IMG/VR virus record: IMGVR_UViG_2531839741_000003
Location: 3,238-67,237 of that record
Origin: a virus
Strand: one strand, 5' to 3'
DNA: 64,000 nucleotides
Shown: piece by piece, positions 55,051 through 64,000 of the stretch
Layout: each line of letters opens with the position of its first letter
How positions within the stretch are numbered: the stretch's first letter is position 1
Translations under genes and position numbers: made by a program
Notes under the pieces: generated by a model
Told to the model about the DNA's origin: nothing
What the model saw: the letters and a program-made list of their open reading frames with translations, nothing else
The model's database searches: none

Positions 55051-57174
55051 ATGAATATATTTCAGCAATATGGTATTAAAGAAGTAGCTGATGTCTGCCT
55101 TTATGCAATTGAACTCGATGAAAACGACGATGAAGTTTATGTACCAGTCCTTTATTTAGATACGTTAAAAGTTTCTACTGTTGAGGAAACGGCTGAATCT
55201 GTATCTGCACAAGGAGGATTAGGTAATCCAAAACTAATTACTTGGGATTTTGGAAAAGAGATAACTGTAACTCTAGAAGATGCCCTCTATTCTCCTGCTT
55301 CTCAAGGAATGACTTGGGGCGGCACTATGGGCACAAAGACTCTTAAACTCTATTTAAGAAATTTCTTTGATAGAGGAACAGATAGCAAGAACCCAAATGC
55401 AAACTTACGTGGTGCTGTTCTAACGCTTGAAACATTTTCAGATTTCTGTGAGATTCCTGATAGATGGCCAACTTATGAATTAAAAGGTTCACAAAGTGAC
55501 TAGAATACTACTGGTTACGTTGGCGGCACATCAATTTACTGCTGGCTTACTAGTGGTAATATTGTTTCTAATGATGGGAAGAAAAGGGTATATGTTGAAG
55601 ATTTGATTCTGTTTTTTAGAGAACAAACTTAGAAATGGTATTTTTACAATGGTAAAGGACCGGTTGAAGATGTTGATGGATATATTGATACAATAGAGGA
55701 TCCTTATTATATCAACGTCCAGTATGGTCGTGAAGCTTTTGAATGGATTCGTGATAATTTAAGCGGCGATAATATGGATAAGTGGCAAAAATATCTTGCT
55801 GGCACTTGGTCAGATGGTGGCATTCCAACTATGACTGATACAGAGACAAATGGTGTTGCTGATCCTTATAATTAGGATACAGAATCTAATTATCGTTGGA
55901 CAGAGTATGAGGATGTTGCAAAACAAACCATTGCTGATTGGGTAGAGGATGCACCTTGCGAAGAATATGATAGAGGACCAATATATAATGTAATGGGCGC
56001 AGATTTAATTTTCTTAACACAGAATTTATATATCGATGGATATAGAACAGATAAGTGCGCACGTAATAGACTCTATAGTGAATTAACTGAAAGTGAAGAA
56101 TCACTAGTTGAAACTGCTGGATATCAACCATATCGTTATAACGCATCTGTCGATGTAGTTTATAATACGAATATTGCGCCGCCGCAAGAAGTTATCTATC
56201 AAATTGACCATGATTTAGATAATGTAGTTTATCTTGATAGAATTGAAAAATGTAAAGCTTCATCTAGATTCTGTATTGATACTGATGTTAATATGAAACA
56301 CGGTAATTATCGTTATATGGAAAAATATGCAAATACTGAGCTAACAGTATTTATAGACCCTAAGACAATGCAACCATATGAACCTAATACCGCAGAATAT
56401 TATCGCAGAAATGGTCAACGTATCACAGGTAACTTACGTGCTTTTAAGCAATATGAAGTTTATTATAAATGGACTCGTACAAAAGCATATGAACATACTA
56501 CTTTGGGCAAGCAAATTGTTGTTGATGCAACTCACTTCCCTGGTACTTATAGATTAGTTGGTGAAACTTATTCTAGAAGTCGTAAGACGGGTAAGGATTA
56601 GAGATTCCAGTTTGAGATTCCATTGTGCAAGATGGGTACTGAAAACAGTTTTACCCTTCAAGCTGATGGCGATCCAACAACATTTACAATGACTTTAACT
56701 GCAATGCGTCGTGCCGATGGAGTTATGATGAAGTTGACACAGTATGATGTTGCAGAGAAGAAATATGGTAAATATGCTAGTGGTAGTACTGAAATTACTC
56801 CTTATGATAGTACTTATGAACCAACTGATGAAGAGTTAGATGAGCAGAATGTTTCTTATACTTCTAGTGAGAGTACGACTACAAGTTCAAAAATTGTTAG
56901 CTTAGAGATTGTTGAACCTGAAGAAGGGACAGTTTATAGCTTATCTAATGGGGAGGATTCATTAACTAAGAATTCTGGTGAAGGTGACAATGATAAAATG
57001 ACAATTGAAGTCGCTGCCACAGGACAAGTAACAACTACAACATCAACAACATGGACTCGTGATGAGGATTTAGATGAACCTGTTTCCTTTAGCTCAACTT
57101 CATCGTCAACATCTGCATAGACAATCTATTTGGATGCCGATGAGTATGAAGCAACTCTAGAACCAGTAACATAA
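55051..57174 (+). CDS. tail-tube-like paralog C, 5 TAG
   Basis: Joins ORFs 55051, 55993 and 56623; TAA 57174. Confidence 0.7.
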
Positions 57175-57187
57175 AAGAGGTGATTAA

Positions 57188-59371
57188 ATGAACATTTTCA
57201 ATCAATACGGTATAAAGGAAGTCGCAGATGTTACTTTCTATTCAATTACCAGAGTTGGAGATGAAGAATTTTATACACCTGTTTTATTTTTTGATACATT
57301 GAAGGTTTCCACTGTTAAAAAGACAGTGAAGACAGTCAATGCTACAGGAGGAAAAGGAAACGGTAAAGTTATATCGTGGAACTTCGGTAAAGAGATTACT
57401 TTATCTTTAGAAGATGCTTTATTTTCAGATGCATCGTTAGATATGTTCTTAAATGGACGAATATAGACAAAATTAGCTGATTGGACTTCTGTAATTGCAA
57501 AGCTTAATACAGCAAACAAATATGGTAGATTACACTATTCAACTAAAGCTTATCCTTCGCCGCAATTGACAATGAGTGAATGGGAGATCGTTTTTAGATG
57601 CGCAGAGAAAGCTGGTTATAGTGCAAAGTATGGAGACGCAGGATTGACTTTAGACGCCAGTGATAATAAAGAATATTCATATAGATATTAGTATGATACC
57701 ATTCGTGGTGATAAAGAAGGCGATTAGTTTGTCGCTGAGAATAGAAAATATCTGACACAAAAATATATGAATAGAAATCAATTGTCGCCGCAATCAAGAA
57801 ATGTTGCATATTTTTATGATATAAACGATGGATATTCTGGTGTTGACATAAGAATTGTTGATGAGAAAGTTGATACAGATTTTACTGAAAGTGTTGAGAC
57901 TGGAGGAACAAAAATCTATATAGAATCGTCAAATTCTTGGTACACAGAGGAGGCTGCGGCTGAATATATAAAAGCAAGAATTGATAATGCCGCAACTAAT
58001 AATACCGTTGAAACATTAGTACTGAAAAAGAATATTTACGTACGTTATGTTTAGAATGGAAGTATTTGCTACAGAACAGGAACAATAACTGCTTGGATTA
58101 GTATAACAGCGCAAGGTTTTTACTGCCGAGCAACTTATTTAGAATTTTCTAATTCAACTGATGTTTTGAATAATCCTTACTGCGGCCGTGACACGTTTAA
58201 TGACCATATATTCTACTATTTATTCCCAAACTATTTAGGAACTATAATAGATTTGTGCTATTGCGACTTGCAAGATAAATTCTATCTTGCTATGCCGCCG
58301 ATAGTAATAAATGAAATTGTTAAAGAGATTGATTCAGTTCATAAGATTGGAAAAATTGAAAACGATCTCTATGACAGTTAGTATATAGATAGATTTGAAA
58401 AGTGCGTTGTTACAAATAGAGATGGATTTACAATTGATGCTGGATAGCAAAGAGAAAATCTAGTAAAGTATTATAATAATGTTACAGATGAGAGCTATAC
58501 AATTTATTATGATGCTAAGACAATGTTGCCTTTGTTTACTGGTGAGAATTTTAATATTGAACCTTATACAAAGCAATATATTAAAAATACTGAATCAATT
58601 GAAATTACTGATTCAACTGTTTTATTGAGTATTTCCAAGTCAATTGAAGAAAAAAGTGCTTGCTACTATGATTTTCCATATCAAGTTGCTTATCAAATAG
58701 CATTAGTTGGTATTGATTTGATTAGTCTAATAGGCAATTCAATTGCTGATTGGGTGGCGGCGCAAGTTGAAGATTTTGATCATTTGGAAGATATAATCTT
58801 TATTGGTGGTCTAGATGAAAATGGATTGCCAGTAGGAATTACTGTTGAAACAGATGGATATACAATTACGAAAATTACTTTTGACACTAATTCATTATTA
58901 ATCAAATATGTTCAAAAGAATCCAAATCTATTTAAAATTAAACGCAATACAATTTATTATAAATGGACACGTACTGTAGATGAAGCTGGTAGTATTTTTA
59001 CAACAATTGGTACGGATTTAATAATCAGCGCAGATACGTTTCCAAGTGAATATAGAATTGTTGGAGAGACTTATATAAGAGAGCAAAAAACGGGAAAAGA
59101 TTAGCGATGTCAAATCGTATTTCCTCGAGCAAAAATTTCTCCAGCAACAGATATTAAATTACAAGCTGACGGTGACCCCGTTACTTTTTCAATAGATGTA
59201 AATATCTTAATGCCGAAAGATAAAGTAATGATGGAATTAAGATAGTTCGATGTAGAAGAGGATAAGAGAGAGGGCGGCTTTAGAATTATACCTCAAGATA
59301 AACGATACTCTTATACTCCTACAAATCAGGAATACGTTGATACTGTTATTGATAACAACGAGATTTATTAA
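57188..59371 (+). CDS. tail-tube-like paralog D, multiple TAG
   Basis: Joins ORFs 57188, 57767, 58166 and 58523; ends EIY TAA. Confidence 0.7.
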
Positions 59372-59384
59372 GGAGGTGAAAGAG

Positions 59385-61310
59385 TTGAATTTATTTGAAA
59401 AATATGGTATTAAGGAAGTTGCTGATGTTGTGTTCTATTCAATGAATTAGGTTGGCGATGATGAGATTGTTTATACTCCTGTTCTTTACTTAGATACATT
59501 AAAAGTTTCCATTTATGAAAAAACTGCTGAGAGTGTTTTTGCTACTGGTGGTTTAAAGAATAAGAATTTGATTAAGTGGAATTTTGGAAAATCAGTTCAA
59601 TTGACATTAGAAGATGCGTTGTTCTCGCCAGCGTCTATGAGTATGATATGGGGCGGCAAGTTAGATAGTACTTTTAGTGATGCAACTTCTTTAGTAGCAA
59701 AAATTAATTATGCAAATGTATATGGTAGATTGAGGTATTCTACTAAAGCTTATCCTTCGCCGCAATTAACTAATGATGAATGGAATATTGTATTTAAAAT
59801 TATTCAAAATAAGCTTGAAGGAACTACTTTGGATATTTTAGATAATGATGTTGCTAATACATTAGATGATGATTTGAAAACTGCTTTTATTAATAGATAT
59901 TATGATAGACCTGTTCTATTTGATGGTGTCAATGATGTTGGCAGTGATACTGGGAAAAATGACTTATCTCAACCTTGGACTTATACCTACGACTTAGAGA
60001 ATTTTGGTACTTACTTTGGCGCCAATTACTTAAGTGTTTCACAATTGAATTTAGAAGGGTATGAGAATATAAATGATCATTATGACGATAATGGCGTGCT
60101 TAAAGTTGGACATTATCGGTGGTATTCAGCTAAAGCAATGCCTGAGTATGTTATTTATATTATTAGAAATTCACTGAAAGAATTGAGTGATATTGGTAAT
60201 ATAAAAACTAATATTGGTGAAGTTGAAGTTGTAGATAGAATGGAAAAGTGTTTGGTAACTAAGAGAGATGGATTTAAAATTAGTACTAAAGAACAGCTTG
60301 ATAATCTATTTAGATATTATGCGGATGATAGAAGTGAAACTTATAGTATTTATTATGATGCTAAAACTATGTTACCACTGCTTCATATTGAGGATGATGA
60401 AATTTAGGGATATAATTTAGAGAAGTTTTGGGAAACATCAACTTTGGTAAGTGAAAATAGGTATGATTATGGTAATTATTAGGAACTAGACGTTTATAGT
60501 TCTTATTCAAAATTATACTAGTACTTATTATATTTAATTTCAACATGGGATTCATCATCTCTTGGAGATAGTTCTTCAAAGGGTTATACAGTAACATTTT
60601 CTTTAGATAATGTTTATACTTATACTTTAGCATCTGCTTCGAGTGGAATTAATATTTCGTAGAATTCTATTTTGGATTATGAAGTTTTATATGAGATATT
60701 AGCTTCAATAGCAACAAATCGTGTTTTAACAAAAGAGCCAGATTATTATTTGCCACGTAGTGTCAGCTTGCTTTTGAATTATAGTACTGAAAATGGATGG
60801 TCAGCATTTGTTAGAGCAATTGGTTTACGAGAAAACGATTTTTCTTGGATGAATGATATTTTCAAAATCAAATTCGGTACTGTCTATTACAAATGGACAC
60901 GAACTGTAAAGTATCAAGAATACGAAGATGATGCGGTTCTTGGTTCTTGCTTTACAATTGATGCGGATACATTCCCAGATGATTATAAAATAGTTGGAGA
61001 AACCTACATACGAAATCAAAAAACAGGTAAAGACCAGCGATATCAAATCACAATTTTTAAAGCAAATGTATCATCAGATACTTCAATAACTTTATAGGCA
61101 GACGGAGATCCAACGACATTCTCTATGACAATAGATGTGTTGGTTCCAGAGAATGACATAATGATGGAGATGATTCAACTAGACACAGAAGAAGATCGTT
61201 TCCAAGGTGGTACAAGAATTTTGCCGCAAAAGACAAAACTTACTTATACACCAGCAATGGAAGATTATGGAGACATTATTACACCTATAGACAACAACGA
61301 AATTTATTAA
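59385..61310 (+). CDS. tail-tube-like paralog E, multiple TAG
   Basis: TTG 59385 after AGGAGG, NLFEKYGIKEVADV; joins ORFs 59568, 60672 and 61125. Confidence 0.7.
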
Positions 61311-61418
61311 TAATAAAGGAGGGCGAATTCTTGACAAGATTTGCCCTCTTGATTTTATAAAATAAAGTAGTGTTTTAATTACATTGATTATAGAATTGAA
61401 ATGAATGGAGATGTTAAG

Positions 61419-62315
61419 ATGGATAGATATGTTGGTATGAAAGAATTGTACGATGTTAATATTAGATTGAACTAGCCGCTTGAAGTCGGCAAGAGGAAAT
61501 ATGATATTAATGAGACAATTCTTAGTTTTAAGACTGCTGAGATTGCATAGCTTTAGGAAAGTAGAAGCTTAAAAACTGCAAGGGGTGGTTTTAATAATAA
61601 TGTACTTTTAGATTGGGAAATTGATAAAGAGGTTTCATTTGCAATAACTAATGGAATTTTATCTCCTTTATCTTTAGCGATGTTAAGTAATTCTAAAATA
61701 AATGAGAGATAGAATAAATCTATTTCTTTTTAGGAGGAAGTCAATGTTATTGAAGATGATGGATATTGGTTTGCTGATCTAAAATATATACCAAATCATG
61801 TTGATGGCAAATGGGGAGTACAGGGTAATCCAGATGGAGAACAATTACCAATGGGTAGAAAGCCTTGGATACTTTTGAAACCTTTGCCGCCATGCCGTGA
61901 TAGATTTATATTCTGTTATGATGTTGAGACAGGCAATAGAATAATGAATTTTGATATAGTTGAGAATAGAGTTATTTTTAAAGCTGAACATAGGAGAGTA
62001 ATGGTTGATTATACTTTTGATTATGATGATGGTGTTAGAGAGCTTGATGTGGGGAATAGACTATTTAATGGATGGATGAGTTTAGCTGGGAAAATGACTG
62101 CAAAGGATTATGGGAATGGAGAATCGAGGACTGTTTTATTAGAGATTCCGAGATTAAGATTGAGCAGTAATTTGGCGCTTAAGTTGGGAAGTGGATATGA
62201 GAGTGCTGTTACTAGTGATTTTTATTTTACTGGGTATCCTGAGGAAGGTAGAAATAATGGGAGTGTTTGCAAGATTACGTTTTTGGAGACGGAGTTGAGT
62301 GGTGAGTATTTATGA
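61419..62315 (+). CDS. divergent tail-tube-like paralog F, multiple TAG
   Basis: GMKELYDV and ARGGFNN..LLDWEIDKEVSF resemble GIKEVADV and ATGG.GN.KLITWDFSKEI. Confidence 0.55.
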
Positions 62316-64000
62316 GTGAAAACCTTTTGAATAATATCAAGGGTAATATAAGTAAATATTATTTTGGTCATTTGAATAATGAAGATAATCCTCTCTTAGA
62401 AAGTTGCAAAAAATTTGAAAAGGATATAAAATCTACATATAATGAACTCTCACGTGACATGAATAATAAAAGTAAACTTAATGATCTTTTTTTAGAAAAG
62501 ATAAAAGAAATGAAAAAAAGAAGTTACAATTTAGAAAGACAGCTTTATGAAAAAAACAATTCCTCAGGAAATTATGATAGTATCAATAAAGTTTCATATT
62601 GGACTTCTATATATGGGTTAAATTCTTAGAAAATTGAAGATAAGAATGTTGAAATTGATGATAAAACTTGTTTTTAGCTTATTGTAGGAGAAAAAACTTT
62701 TTCATCTTTTTTAGATAAATATTTGGCAGGAAATAGGATAAGTTTATCAACTTTATATGGGGAAAATAAAGTTCCTAAAAAAGAAGGTACTAAGCAAACG
62801 GATATTAAGAAAGTAAAAAATAAAATAGAAAATACTCCTTTTAGCTTTAAGGCGGCAATAGAAAATAATAATAATTTAAAAAATGGAACAGAAGAAGAAC
62901 TTATTAGTGACTTTAAAAAAAGAGTTGGCGGAATTAAAACAGAATCAGACAAAACTGGGAGAAAAATGATGAAATAGTCTTTTAAAGAAGCTTTAAAAAA
63001 ATAGGGCATGAGAAACGGTGTATATTATTTAATGATAGGTGAGAGTGGAAGTGAAAAACCTTTTATTACAGTTACTTTAGAAGAGAATTAGAATAGTGAA
63101 GAGGGACAATAGGGCGAAGAATTAAGAAATGCTTTTTTATCAGCGATAGAACTTTTTAATATAAATAAGAATGGGGATAATAGTTATGATTTTAATGAAT
63201 TAGGATTAGGCACAATAACTATAACTGATAAAAATGATGGTAAGGACATACTAAGTGAATATAAGAAAAAAGCTAAAAAATATGTAGGACAAATTCACTT
63301 TGATAAAATTACTTTCTCAAAAGGGAGTGAGAGTGGAACAATAGGTTTAGTTGGTGAAGTTTTGAGATATGAAGGTTTTTCTTCTTTTAAGAATATTGAA
63401 CACCTAGGCCCTGTTTAGGAAGTATATACAAACAGTACAGGAGCAAAAACAAATGTGGGTGAAAGTATATCAGATATTGGGTTTTCTTTTGAAGAGCAAA
63501 AATTAGGTGTAAATATTAAGCATTATGTTTCACAAGACACAAGCGTTGAAATTTATAAAGGAAATGAGGGTGTATCTCTTTTTGAAAGAAATATCGTAAG
63601 ATATCTTAGTAGTAATGAAATAGAAGTTTTTAGATTTATTTTTAGTAATAAGAATATTCTTAAAGAAAGCATGACTTTTGACAATTTTTCTAATAGTTTA
63701 AAGGAAAAAGCTAGTATTCATTTTGATGGTTTTATCAGAGAGTATAGTATACTTTCAGGAAGAGAAAACATTTTTTATTTAATTAATAATTTAGTTATTC
63801 CTTCATCAATGATTTTCGAAAAAGTTTATAATTTTTTTAGTGAAGATAATAATGAAATATCTAAATATTTTCAAATAAATAATATAGATTTCCCTTCAAA
63901 AATGTAGACAAAAAAAGAAGATTTTCCTGAAAGAAATTTACTTGAAAATATTTTTTCTTCTCCTGCATTAAAAATAAAATTTACTGGATTAAAGATTTAG
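62312..64000 (+). CDS. hypothetical protein, TAG-rich, runs off the window end
   Basis: ORFs 62312, 62723 and 63455 share one frame broken only by TAG. Confidence 0.65.

Noticed and set aside
35510-64000. Late genes as pseudogenes or sequencing errors
   Set aside because: Dozens of breaks are all TAG, stay in frame and align with Gln; decay would also give TAA, TGA and frameshifts.

Overview
A 64-kb piece of a large, AT-rich tailed dsDNA phage genome. The host is probably Bacillota, inferred from sigma-A-type promoters, AGGAGG ribosome-binding sites and canonical parS sites. There are three zones. (1) 1-23.6 kb: a + strand early/accessory region of short genes driven by near-identical TTGACT/TTTACT-N17-TATAAT promoters. 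It holds a DUF2828-like vWA protein, a Rnl1-type RNA ligase, two GIY-YIG nucleases, three DNA methyltransferases (one PglX-like), a BrxL-like ATPase, tnpB, tmRNA and 7 tRNAs. (2) 23.6-35.4 kb: a gene-poor, repeat-rich strand-switch region with three perfect parS sites, about 12 copies of an AGTTAG-N6-CTAACT palindrome and a 1.1-kb TGTTGAAAA array; it may be an origin/partition region. (3) 35.5-64 kb: a virion morphogenesis module (regulator, terminase, portal, protease/scaffold, capsid, neck, six tail-tube-like paralogs). The ORF track fragments it because TAG is read as Gln, which the paralogs within the window show directly. The standout is the amber (CUA) suppressor tRNA at 10393-10658. It is split by a 189-nt group I intron in its T-loop, so decoding the TAG-rich late genes would depend on a self-splicing event. 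Four further ORF-less group I introns interrupt the terminase and the first tail-like gene. All calls come from reading the sequence by eye; no searches were run.
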